DNA of 61,188 nt, filler included, from Nemertoderma westbladi (Eukaryota; Animalia; Xenacoelomorpha): NCBI GenBank assembly GCA_032718475.1. It is 3 parts of 3 records of this genome, joined end to end, with 100 filler letters (N's around TTAATTAATTAA, not from the genome) between each part and the next. Parts side by side here need not be neighbours in the genome. Positions count along the whole stretch, not along the records: positions 26,254 to 49,398 come from JAUCBJ010008318.1; 2 more parts are not named here. One strand, written 5' to 3'. A program made the translations under genes and the position numbers. The notes beneath the pieces are model-generated. The model saw nothing but the letters and a program-made list of their open reading frames with translations, did not search any database and had not been told where the DNA came from. Shown piece by piece: positions 35,405 to 48,019 of the stretch; the first letter of the stretch is position 1; the number at the start of each line of letters is the position of its first letter.

Positions 35405-38400
35405 TCAATATGTCAGTCTATCCGGGGTATTCCGTGAACGTTTACTTCGACGCACTGTAATCCACTCATTATCGTTACCCTCGTTTTCGTTCGTCTTTAG
35501 GCTTGTCTCTATGTCATCTTCGGATCGTGCCGAAATATTTTCGTTGTTTAATTTCCGGAGGAAGCGTCTGTTTCTCCAATAGAGCCTGCCATTGTCAGCC
35601 TGGATTGAATAGGCCCTTCCCCTTCCGACGCTACGGTCGATAGTTCCAAATAACTCCCAGCACTTAGTCCGGGGGTTTTGTATTCTCACGCGTGTTCCTT
35701 CTGGGAAATTCTTTAAATTTCGGGTTCCCCTGTCATAGTACTCCTTCGAGTTCGAGCGAATTTCGTCTACTTTCTTGTCAGCGACAGCAAACGTATCTTC
35801 ACAGGTTCTTTTGAGAGCTCTTTCTGGAACTGGTAACTGACCTTTGATTTGTCTACCAACTACACGTTGTGCTGGACTGAGTCCATCTGAGCGTGGGGTA
35901 TTTCTTAATTCTAATAAAGCGTTGGCGAAACGATTAGTTGTAATGTCGCCATTTGGGGATGTTTTCTTTATGATGTCCTTTATAGTTCTTACCGCAGACT
36001 CTGCGTAACCATTTGCTTCGTGATTATATGGGGAGGATGGGTCATGATGAATACCCCACTCTTTGCAGAAATTTCCGAAGTCGGTCCTGAACTGCGGTCC
36101 CCCGTCCGTGGTAGCTCGAATTGGCACACCCATATATGCGAGCCAAATGCGAAATTTCTTGAGAACTGTGAATGTGTCAACTCCACCGTGTCCACAATCA
36201 AACACATCGATCCACCCTGAATATTTATCGACTATGACGAGAAATGATTTGGCGGCGTAGCTAAACAAATCTGCAGCTATTGCTTCACCTGAGTGGCTGG
36301 CTTTGTTATCTAACATTAGGGGTTCTTTGTGGTTACTGGATTTATTCAATTCGCAATCGTTGCAGCTGGCGACCATTGTTGTGACATCGTTTGTAATTCC
36401 AGGCCAAAAAACACATTGCCTAGCTCTCCTGAGTGTCCGATCTCTGCCCTGATGGGCTGCGTGTAATCCGAGTAATATGTCTTTTCTCATGGTTTCTGGT
36501 ATGACTATACGTTCTTCACCATACATGACAATGCCGTCGAATGCAGAAAGTGCATTACGATAAATCCAATATGGGCGACAATTAATAGAAACGAGGTGTT
36601 TATTTTGAGGAAACCCATTTGTTACAATTTTCAATAATTCACAGTATGTGGCATCACCTGCAGCACTCTTCTTTACCTTTTGCCACGCCATATCGATGGT
36701 GTTTATTTTTATTGAGTTATTGCTGATCTGACTTTTGGTTTCCGCTCTATTGTCAGCAGGGTCGGTAGCTAGTATTGCGTTAATTTTTGCTGATGAGTTG
36801 CCGACAACCGTGTTCACCATTTCTTCGATGTCGTCAGAATCCAAGTAGTCATCATCAATAGTTGGGTGTACAACGGGATGTCTGGACAGAACATCTACTA
36901 CTGTATGCGCTATCCTCTGCCTCCAGATTGCTCTCAGTCGGAAGTTAGCTAATTTCTCTTTGAGACGAATTATTCTAGGCGTTTTAATTTGGTCTAAAGT
37001 TTTACCGTTTATAATAGCAACTAATGGTTTATGGTCTACTACTAAGTCGAATGTAGTGCCTTGAAGGAAAATTTTACATTTTTGAAGCTGTCAATTTTAC
37101 ATTTTACAGTTCCACTTCAGTGGCTGAATATCGGGTTTCTGTTGTAGTTAGTGTCCTTGATCCGCATTGTAAGAGCTTCCACTTGTCGCCCCCCTCTTCT
37201 TGCCACAAACCGAATCCTAATCCTTTAGTTTGGGCGGCGTCAGTTTCTAAACGAAATGATGCTCCTGGGCGATAATTAGTAAGAACCCTTGGTGATACGA
37301 GAATATTAATTATAGATTTGAATGCGTTTTTTTGATCTGCTTCCCACACAAATGGTGTTTTAGTAGATGTCAATGCTGTTAGTGGCTCTGCTAATTCAGC
37401 TAATTCAGTGGTAAATGAAGCAAACTGCTGTATTAGACCGCAGAATGACCTTATGTCTGTTGATGACTTTGGTTCTGGGAATCTGCGGAGCGCATATGTA
37501 AGTGATGGGTTTACTGTGTACCCGTCTCCATTGATTAGGAAACCACACCATTCGACCTGTGGTTCTGCGTATACAAATTTCCGTTTGTTAAGGGTAATTC
37601 CTGTTTCCTTAAGGCGTTTCAATATAGAACGGACGTGCTGTTCATGATCTGATTCATTTGAGTCATATATGATAATATCTTCCACGACCTTTTTAATGTT
37701 ATCCATACCATCTAAGGCATCATCACCTCTAGAATCATGTTCGTCCCCTGCGCTTGATAGGCCCATTGGGTTCCGTAGATATTGGTATCTTCCCTATGGG
37801 GTGAGGAAGGTTGTTAAGGCGCTGGCTTCTTTCGTTAGGGCAACTTGCCAATACCCGTGGCGGGAGTCCATTGTTGTAAAAAATTTCATCCCACCAGGTA
37901 TCTTGGCTACCTCTTCGCTCGGAGTTCTGGTTGGGTGTACTGGGCGTTTTACATATCTATTTAGAGCAGTTAGGTCGACTGTTATTCGGGGCTCAGTGGA
38001 ATTCTTTTTTGCCACCACAACCATTGGATGTATCCAGTCAGTAGTTTCAGTTATGGGTACTTTTCTAACTATACCATCCAGCTCCATCTTTTCTAGTTTA
38101 TTCTTTACCTGCTTTTCCCAATGTATGGGGATACTATATGGCTTGAACTTTTTAGTTGGGATTGCGCCCTCCTCTAGCTTGATGTCCATGGGTGGCGTGT
38201 GGTCCTACCATTGGTCGTAGTGGGCCTTCATCTGCGAATACTTCTGGGAATTCGTTAATAAGTCTCTCCTTAGAACAATTTGGTTTGTCCTTACATAGTT
38301 GCTTGGCGTGTTTATCTTTTTCATTCTCGATACAAGTTAATTGTTTGGGTGGTTGTCTTTGTAATGACAACGCCAATATCGCTTCCTTGCAACATCCATC

Positions 38401-40057
38401 GCATCTATTATGTGGCCAATATTTTGGGATGAGGCCAAGTTCTTCGCAACCTTCAGCGCTTAACAATGGGTAATTAGTAGATTCTAAGATGTGGACAGTT
38501 GTGTTGTATTCCTTATTATTCAGTTTAAGTATGAGCTGCACTTTTCCATGTGACTCAAGCTGTTTGCTGTCGGGCCCAAGAAGGATGTCGTCGTCGGGTG
38601 TCATCTGTATGCCACCAACGGCTTCATTACCACCCAAGTCGGCTAAATCTTGCAAACTAATAGCGTTTCGCTTAGCTCCAGTATCAGCTAACCAGTGCAA
38701 GAAGCCATGACGGCTTTTATTATTTATATTGCTTGTTTCAAGTTTTATCAGCCGTGAGTCACCATTGTGCACAGAAGATATGGATGAAGTTGTCTTTACA
38801 TAAATGCTATTAAATTGATTGCTGCTTTGAGCGGACCTCCTTTTAGAGTGGCACATCTTAGACAGATGACCTTTGATACCACAATTAAAACATACGATAT
38901 GTTTAGCTGCACATTTGTCTATATCGTGAATGCGACCGCATCTTCCACAGGTGCTGGTGTATTTGCCGTCAACAACATCGCTCCTCCTGTATTGCTGATG
39001 TGTCTGTGTCTGTGTCTTATAAGATGATTTCCCGAGAGCGCATATTTCAATATTGTGGTCAGATCCAAGTGCAAGCATTGTTGAAGTTTTTGGCTTTTCC
39101 AATTCGTTGTCAACTATCTGGCTTGACTCTAGGGCTTTAGTTAATGTAAGCACATCTGGCATCGTTAACTTTTTCATGGGTGTTTTAAGCACTTCCTGAC
39201 GGGACTTTGAGTCTCGTAACCCAGCTACGAATTGTGTCAATAATCGATCATGCCTATGTATGTCGGCATTGTCGCATACTTCTTCAAAATCGCAAGCACG
39301 GTCTAGCATTTGAAGTGTCATATAGTATTGTGTAACATTTTCTCCTGGCTGTTGTTTCCGTTGTACAAAGGCAACACAGTCTAACAGTTCATGGCGTTCA
39401 CCTCGTAAATATACCCTGAGTAATTTGACGATCGTATTTACGTCATCATCTGGTTTTATGTCTATGATGCCCTCGGTCCATAGCTTGGTCCATTCGGGAT
39501 CTAGCGCAGATCGCAGTGTTCCCCTTCGTGCATCAAGATCTGAATCATTTAGCCTTGTAGCTGCTGCGAAATCCTTCCAACGTTGGTGCCAATCATCAAA
39601 ATCAGCTAGCTTGAGGTCTATAGGTGATCTTAATGATGGTGTCTCCATGCGACGTGGCTTTGCCTTATCGTGTGTTGCTGAAGAGATGTTGGATGTCTCT
39701 ATGCACATTCTATGTCCCTGTATTGCTTCCCGCTTTTTTGCAATATTTTTGGCGTAATAGATGGCTGATCTCTGAGCATTAGTAACTGCCTGCTCGGTGG
39801 CTACATCTTCGGAGTCATCGAGCTCCGATATTTCATTGTGACACGATACATATTTCTCATTAGCGCTCAGAAACATTATTATTTAGTGCAGTCTCCAGTG
39901 CTTCTAGCTCAACATAGCCGCGGTTATCTGAGTCAAGAATCTCGAATTCATTGATTTCTGATTTGAGCACGTTTTCCGAACGTGTGCAATTGGCTTTAAA
40001 ACCTCTTCTACTGGCCTTCAATCTTTTGATTGTGGCGTCAACGTCGTACGTGGCCAT
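35405..40057 (-). pseudogene. gag-pol, disrupted
   Basis: Zinc knuckles CGRCGRIH..C and CFNCGIKGHLSKMC; protease ADTGA; RT DSRHGYWQ, PMGL, VVED; RNase H ETDAA; integrase HHCC and D,D35E (ADLF, TDGGPQF, AESAV); breaks near 39870, 38190, 37794 and 37100. Confidence 0.9.
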
Positions 40058-40152
40058 ATTTAATATTTTTAATATTAATATAATTTAAAACACTGAATAA
40101 TCTAATAGCAATAGTTTCTAAATTCTAAATTTAGTTACTACACACTGCGCCA

Positions 40153-40454
40153 TAGTATAGTTTGGTTATAATACGTAGTTTATTGTTTTAATCTTAAACA
40201 TTATTTTTATCTCAACAAAATGACAAATATATTATACGATGTTAAACGTGACACCACCACCAGATAACTCATAATATAATAATTACTGTTTGACCTGATG
40301 GTCCATATGAAACGAATCATTAGGAAGAGTTGGCAATATCCCAGTGATAGTGGGACTAATGAGGGGTGGGGATTATTGCGGTTATTATGTAATTAATAGG
40401 GCCTACATTGTACAAGTACATTATATGTTATATGAGTTAGTTGATACTATACCA
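40153..40454 (-). repeat. 5' LTR
   Basis: Followed on the minus strand by a tRNA PBS starting TGG (tRNA-Ser-like, inferred). Confidence 0.95.
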
Positions 40455-40691
40455 GGGGGAAAGTGAACTAGGCCTATCAGCCTATCTAAGATGTTTTGAA
40501 AAAACGCCATGAGCCTTTTAAAGCTCATGGAGTGGGGTCTAATCCATAATCAATGCAGCAATGAGGATAGGCCTAATCAGATAATAGTTTCAAATCCCAT
40601 GGATACCGGTAACAAGTTAAAGCTGTAAAGACAATTTAAATTCAAATAAAACTGGTAGTTTAGTTAGGCCTACATAGTCCAAGTGAAGTGT

Positions 40692-41090
40692 GTCCAAGTA
40701 TGACGTCTGCACTTTTCCCCAAAATGCTGAAATGTTGACCCCCTCCCTCCCCTAAATCAGATGTCATCAGATAGGCGTTGACCCCCCCCCCCCCCCCCCC
40801 CCCCTCCTCTAAATCAGATTAAAAAAAATGTAATAAACTATTATATTATGAAGATTATTTATAATCACTTGTAAATTATTCAATATTATTATTTTTAATT
40901 TATTTTATTTATTTTAATTTATTATTATTTATTATTATTTACTCTTCTGCTATATCTTTTCTAGCACCTATAAATGAACATGCTGACGTCAGATTTTGGC
41001 TGACGCCCTCCCCTCCCCTCTAGCACGTCATGAGATTTTCCCAACCCCCCCTCCCCCACTAATGTGCTGACGTCATACTTGGACGGCCCC
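40692..41090. mobile_element. MITE with TIR core gtccaagtatgacgtc (right end GGGGCCGTCCA, PIF/Harbinger-like)
   Basis: gtccaagtatgacgtctgcac versus gtgctgacgtcatacttggac; left terminus degraded. Confidence 0.55.
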
Positions 41091-41544
41091 ATACCTGCAT
41101 ACATCCTTGCCAGTACCAGTATGCAGTAACAACAGAACAACATATTATAACTCTATAAGGCACCTGGTAGCCCAACTTCCATCCCTTCATCATATATCTG
41201 TATTCTTTCCTTCACTGCTTTATACAGTTATAGGCCTATACGCTATACATACATACAATATGCCTGTATGCGGTTGGTAACTTTTCCCTGAGGCACTCAC
41301 AGTCAGACAGTAGAGAGGATTGTGTACCGGTATTGCTCCTTGCCCGACCCAGGGACAATGTTAGTTGGATTTTTGGCTCCTCTCTCTGTCTCTTTCTCTT
41401 TGCAATGATATTTTTCGATTTGGGTTGGTTCCCATCCCAGTCCGCTGTCATCACAATTTAATAGGCCTACTTTTGCTCGTGCTGGCCTATCCGCCATACA
41501 GCCATACTGCCAATCCAAGTTTGTCAATATATTATTACAAAAGG

Positions 41545-42545
41545 CAGTTAGGTACAATGGCCAAATCTGGCAATGATTGTGATTGCCATATTTGGCAACC
41601 AAGCAAAATCTGGCAACATTTCTGATTGCCTGATTTGGCAACTATATAAAGCCGTTGTTGCCATATTTGGCAACTTAACTACCTCATTGAATATGGATTA
41701 TATGGTTCTGCATCATTAAGTCCTTCTATGGCAGTATGGTCATTCCTTAGATCCTGAAATGTTAATGTTAGGCCTAGAAAAAAGGCAAAGGGGTAGGGCC
41801 AGGCAGCCAGGATACAGGTTATACTTATACCAGTAGTGGCATATTCCTGTATTCTAAGTTCTAACCAATACAGCAATATATCCTAATAAATGAGGTGAGA
41901 ATGAGAGTCAATAACACAAACACAGACTGACTGGTGATAGTTTTTTTGCTTTTTTGACATTTTTGATAGTAATCTCTGGCGCTGCTTGGGGAGGTGGTTG
42001 ATTGTTGTTTGTAGGGCCTATACCGTATACCATACCAGTCTACCAGTACGGTATCTGTTACAGACTCATCCATCTGTCCATTAACATATTAACAACATAT
42101 CAAATAGGCCTACATTCTGACATTTCATCAACTAATAATGTTTATAAATCATCACAACTCGACAAGGGCAGAAGGGTAAGCAAGCAGTAAGCAATTTTGA
42201 AGTAATTTACAATGACAGGGTTACTGACAGGGCTGCACAATAATAATTGTTGCCAAAAATGGCAACCATTATTTTTCTTTAATTCTAATGGTTGCCAAAA
42301 ATGGCAATAATTATTTTAGGCACATTTCGGCCTATTGCTAAGTGAAATTCAGACGATGATTTTTTTTCTTATACGGTCAATTATATTTAAATTTCGCGCT
42401 CTTTTCACTTAACTATTTACCAAAATGCGATTTTGCTTCTGGGCGTGCGAAAATTAGAAAAACCAAAAGTTGCCAGATTTGGCAATAAACATTGCCATAT
42501 GTGGCAACTTTTGAGGTTGCCAGATTTGGCCATTGTACCTAACTG
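41545..42545. mobile_element. MITE with 29-bp TIR and 5-bp TSD
   Basis: TIR cagttaggtacaatggccaaatctggcaa; TSD aaagg at 41540-41544 and 42546-42550; subterminal ttgccaNatttggcaa palindromes. Confidence 0.85.
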
Positions 42546-42648
42546 AAAGGCTGAAAGGGCAAATTTTCATTTTTTTTTATATTTAATTATTACAGTTCTC
42601 TTTACCCCCTATAGCCAAGATTTCAAGGGGTAAAGTGAACTACAGAAC

Positions 42649-43127
42649 GGTCCTACGAATTACCCCAAAATACCCCAAAACACCCCAAAACACCCCAAAA
42701 GACCCCAAAATAGTATAAAACTACACCAAAATACCCCAAAATAGTTTAGAATTACCCCAAAATACCCCAAAATAGTTTAGAATTACCCCAAAATACTTTT
42801 TTTTCAGCCTTTGTTTTGGAAATTTAATTTACCCCAAAATATGGCAAAATGACGAATTACCCCAAAATAATGACGAATTACCCCAAAATAATTAAAAATT
42901 TTTTCTTCACTCTCGTTTATTGTTTTGGTTAAAAAAACTTGCCACTGTAACCTGCTCCTTTCCCTCGCTGTTAAAAAACATGGTTAGCTTATTTTGGGGT
43001 ATTTTGGGGTAATTTTTTAGCCTTTTTGGGGTATTTTGGGGTAATATTTGACTATTTTGGGGTATTTTGGAGTATTTTGGGGTATTTTGGGGTGTTTTGG
43101 GGTATTTTGGGGTAATTCGTAGGACCC
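42649..43127. mobile_element. Foldback MITE with (accccaaaat)n subterminal repeats and 8-9-bp TSD (Mutator-like)
   Basis: TIR ggtcctacgaattaccccaaaat; ctacagaac at 42640-42648 and 43128-43136. Confidence 0.85.
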
Positions 43128-43239
43128 CTACAGAACTATATTCTGATATTAAAAATGTGAATAATTATCCATAATAAACACTAGCTGACTAGATTAATGT
43201 TGACAAATGTATACTACAGTAGGCCTACCACCTACTAGT

Positions 43240-46200
43240 GGGTCATTCCATTGTCACGTTCGTAACTTTTTGACTCATTTTTTAAAACATGAGGGTATTA
43301 ATAAGTTCCCTATCATAACTTTTCCACAAAAATTTTTCTTCAGATAATTTTCTAATATGTTGAGATCAAAATCTAAACAAGCAGCAACTAACGTTATCAA
43401 CTCATTTTTCTTTCACAATGTTTTAAAGTTGTTGTCACGTTCGTAACCAGCTTTCGACAATGAAAAAATGACACATGATAACATTAGAAAAGTCTGTTCT
43501 CTTTGAATGTTTTGTAACGTGATTTTCAGTAGGCCTACGCTTCTAACTAACTTGTTTTGTAAGGTATTGCAAAAAAAAACTCTAAAATATCTTGTAGAAT
43601 TATCAAATGGTTAAATTAATTGTGTCACGGTCGTAACAATTTTTACGTTACGACCGTGACATTCTCACGGTCGTAACAGGGTCAAAAGTGTCACGGTCGT
43701 AACAAAAAGGAACGGTCTGATACAGCCACCCAGTTGATTACAGAAGTACGGTCTCAACTAAATATAAGTTCTGGATAACCTGCAGATTTACAGTTCAAAT
43801 TTCCCGCCTCCAAAATCAAAGGGATTTTGAGCAATATACAAAACTTCGAGGTAGAATAAAACGTCTGTCCTTATCTGATCTGATCTGATCTGATCTGACA
43901 GCATCTGATCCTATAACCAATCAGGAGAAAGATATATAATATTTACCTAACTGTCTGTTAGGTAAATAGCCAATAGCTGAATAGGGGATCACGTTTCACG
44001 TTGCCTGTTTATGTATCAGTATCATCATATGACGTAGCAGTACAGGCATACCGGTATGCATCTAATGCACAAAGGCATATTATTATACCTATTTATTATT
44101 ATATATTTATTTACACCTATTAAAAATGCGATATAGGATGAAGGATGGCGGGTATGAAAGTTGTATGTGTTGTGTATGTGTTGTATGTGTTGGCGGGTAT
44201 GTAAACAACTTTCGTAGATTTAGTTGGTGTTGAAACATTAAACATTTATTAAAAACAATACAGCCTTTGCTGCAATATTTTCGTAAATCTTTCTTGTTAG
44301 TAGTTATCATTATTAATAGTTAAAGTTAATGATATTAATTATAATTAATATTATTAATTAAGTAATGATACATTACATTTAAAATATTTATTGTTGTTTG
44401 TTACGCTAAACATCTAAAGGGAAGGCAGGAAGGGGTATCTCTCTAGGCCTACTGTACAGTATAGTGATAGTGTGTATATGACGAAACACTTACTGACTTA
44501 TGCCCCATATTGCCAGCTGATACAGTGGAGTTTATACTCAGACGATGAAGGAATATGGGAATGTGGGAATTAATAAACGCTGTTGTTACCTTCCAATTGA
44601 AGGAAAAGAGCTGGTTACAGCGGCTGTAATTTCTAACCAAAACAATAAACGACGTTTTACCTACAAATTAAGAGAAAGGAGCAGGTTACCGAGACAGGGT
44701 TTTCCAACCAAAACAATTAACGATTTTGTTACCACCAATTGAGGGAAAGGAGATTATGTTACCGCGGCGGCTTGTTTACACCCTCCTTCTTACTAACCGT
44801 CCGACTGACTGATCAATAGATCATCCCCCTCAAAAAAATAAAGGACATCGCGCACGCGCATAAAACACTTAATAAAGATAAATTTAATAAAAAAAATCGA
44901 CCGAAAAGTGAAATCCTGGTATTCTATACATGGGCGAAGAATACCAGACTTTCTGCCGTTATATTTCACTTTGCAGTTACCCCCATGTGAAGAATACAGT
45001 ACCAGACTTTATGCCGTTATAATTCACTTTGCAGTTACCCCCATGTGAAGAATACCAGGTTCTCACCAAAAACACAGGTTACAGAACGGCTGAATACCGG
45101 TATAACCAAAACAATAAACGAATGAGTACATTTACAGGTTATAAGACATAAATAAGCTCTATAATACACTCAATAAAGATAAATTAAAAAATAATTAAAA
45201 TCTTCATATATAAAATTCCAATAAAAGTCGACCGAAAAGTGAAATCCTGGTATTCTTTACATGGGCCGGCACCAAAATTTGGCACCAGCCGCTAAAAACA
45301 AATTTTTAAAAGATTTCTAGCTTATTTTATTTGAATTCATTTTAGTTCGTTTCAGTTAGTCTTTTAGTTAGTATCGTTAGTTTCAGAGCGGGAGGTGTTA
45401 TATTGACCACCCCCCCCCCCCCCGGGTTTAAGGGGATTGATTGATTAATTGCTTGATATTTTTTTCCAGATTAACAATATAAAACAATTTACATATTAAA
45501 CACTAAAATAAGGAACTGGTAAATAATATATAATAGTGTATAGTGTACGTGTAGTTACTACTGTATTTAATTACTTAAGTAATAGATAGGGCCTACTGAT
45601 CAAACTGAAAGTAAATAAAAATGTAACTGAAAATAGTGTAGCTGTGTAGTGAACGTCTATGATATCGGGCTTGTCTAATCAGCACGATTTATGATTACCT
45701 AATTAAAAGTTTAAAAATAGTCTTAATGAGCTGTACCAATTGCAAACGTTAAAACGGAGGGATAGCCTTATGCGGTGAACCGCGTTTCCATAAGGGTCCC
45801 TCCCAGTAATACCGGGGAAACTTCACATGCTGGTCGACATAGGCAGAAAGTCCAGTACTCATTTAGCTACTATTTAAGGATGCAAGGCAGAGATGCCTCG
45901 CTAAACCCTTCAAAACATTCGTGCCGAAACGAAAACTACCTTGGCCCCCACGCCGGGGTTGAACCCAGAACCTCCGAGATATGTGAATTCAATATAACCA
46001 CTACACCAAGGTGCGCTCTGAACCAAGGTGGAACAAGTGTCAGATACCGTCAGATCAGATCAGATAAGGACAGACGTTTTAGCCATCCTACAAAACTTCA
46101 AGAAAAAGTCACGTTCGTAACATTTCTATTTCATTTAAAGCAGCGATTAATTATCTCCGATTGCTGATAATTCAACATTAGAATCGCTTTATTTTATGAT

Positions 46201-46537
46201 AGGCACACATAGTAGAGATATTAATGACACAAATGAAAAAGGTACCATGCAGAAATGTTGAAAGGAACGGAAATGAGGGGTCATAGAGTTAATGAAATTT
46301 TATCTAAAAAGGTAACCAAAGTCAGAAAGTGCATAAATTTTCACACAAAGTTTCAGTTTCCCAGGCTTCAAAAGGTACATATATTACTTTTCAGATCTTT
46401 CCGTTACTAAAACCGGAAACTAGAACAAGTTAACTACAATGCAGCAATGTAGCAAAAAATCCGGTTTCAATTGATCAACTTTAAAAATCGCCCTGGACAG
46501 CTGGAAGTTGGAAGGGACCTTTTTCGTGGAATGACCC
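43240..46537. mobile_element. Non-autonomous TIR element (possibly Sola2-like) with nested repeats
   Basis: TIR gggtcattcca/tggaatgaccc; 4-bp TSD tagt; repeated gtcacg(t/g)tcgtaac motifs; internal inverted pair near 43858 and 46080; superfamily inferred from GRG termini and 4-bp TSD. Confidence 0.7.
45745..46018 (-). mobile_element. tRNA-derived SINE
   Basis: Box A TGGTGTAGTGG (46008-45998) and box B GGTTCAACCCC (45965-45955), followed by a tRNA-unrelated body; 3' boundary approximate. Confidence 0.6.
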
Positions 46538-46823
46538 TAGTACCGGTATATAAAATATATCACATTTTGCTCATTTCTTAAATGTGTGCAAATTACATTT
46601 GCATTAGGCCTACGCCTACTGCATTAAGTTGACAACAATCAGACAATAGGCAGACTGGCAGATAGGCGATAATTATAGTTGAATTCATAAAAGTAGTTCA
46701 CTTTACACCCAGCTGCCCAGTTCACTTTATCTCAGCTGACATTAACTCAGACAGACAGAGGTAAGGCCTACCGGTACTGAACGGCTGAAAGACGCAACGC
46801 AAAAAACAGACAAATAACATAAA

Positions 46824-47383
46824 ATGAATTCCGAATCCAGATCCAGCAATAATAACGAAATACCGGTAATCAATACCGGTACCGATAATCACTCAGAATG
46901 TTCGGTTTCCTTCGATGGTCGTGGACTGAAACTCAACAAATCTGAAGACGCTGAACCAATCTGTCAATCTATTAGAGACACCGATGGTAAACTGAAAGTT
47001 TTACGACTAAGCGGGAATAGTTTAGGAGTTGAAGCAGCGGAAGCGATAGCAGAGACTCTTACAGAGCAACCCGGTCTAGAGAGGTTGTTGTGGTCGGATT
47101 TATTTACGGGAAGGCAGAAAGAAGAGATTCCGGTAGCGTTGGGCAAACTCGGTGAGGCGATGACGTTTGCAGGAGCGGCGCTAACCGAAATCGACTTGAG
47201 TAACAACGCGTTGGGTCCCAATGGGATGGTCGGCTTGACGGATCTGTTTAAGAGTCGAGTTGTTTATTCGTTGCGGAAATTGAATCTGAATAACACCGGG
47301 TTGGGGGTTACCGGAGGGAGGATGTTAGCCGGGTGTCTGAAGGAGGCTCGGCGGAAGTGTGTGGAGGAGGGATTGGAGTGGAG
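46824..47383 (+). CDS. RANGAP1: Ran GTPase-activating protein 1, coding exon 1 (LRR domain)
   Basis: VSFDGRGLKLN, LRLSGNSLGVEAA, WSDLFTGR (conserved Arg), IDLSNNALGP, LNLNNTGLG; donor AG|gtaagt at 47384. Confidence 0.92.
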
Positions 47384-48019
47384 GTAAGTAGGCCTACCAA
47401 CCGTATCGTACCACACATGTCCTGTTGGTCTATTTGTGCCTTGAACAACTCTGCTGTCCAGGACGAACTTATCTTGTGAAAAGCAGAAAAGGAAAGTAGA
47501 TTTTGAGATTTATAGAAACTATTTTCCCCTGTCCCGCTGTCACCAGAATAAGTGATGAATTAATTATCAATAAATATGCTACTACTAACAGACTAGTGGG
47601 CCTACCCGTCCACGTCCACCCACTGTCTACATTCTGTACGTGTAGAAATGTAGTAAATTCTTCATAAATAAATAAAATAAATAAATTTAAATATATTAAT
47701 ATTGTGACCTTTTTGTAGTTTCCTTTTCGTAACTGTTCTCAATTTTCAGTTTAGGCTAATGTTCTCCTTATTTACAGCACTAATATACCTGTAGCTCAAG
47801 GTATAGTTACAATCCCTGATCCTTACCAGTAAATTAATGTTAACGGCATTACTTCAGGCTTTAACGGCGCCATCTCAGCTGCTGTTAAAATCGTAATGTT
47901 GTTTATGACATATGAAACAACGTCAATAACGACAGAACGTTGCCAAGATGCAATGCAATTATAACCGATGCCGACAATGCAATGATAACCGATTAATTAC
48001 GAGTTCCGTTCTCTTTTAG

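Larger units (their letters stand above)
35036..40454 (-). mobile_element. Ty3/Gypsy (Mag-like) LTR retrotransposon
   Basis: 302-bp LTRs; 5-bp TSD ggggg (35031-35035, 40455-40459); PBS TGGCGCAGTG (40152-40143); PPT GGGGTAAAGGGGG before the 3' LTR; domain order gag-PR-RT-RH-IN. Confidence 0.95.

Noticed and set aside
45940-46018. Functional tRNA gene
   Set aside because: Has A and B boxes but no convincing cloverleaf or poly-T terminator; fits a SINE head
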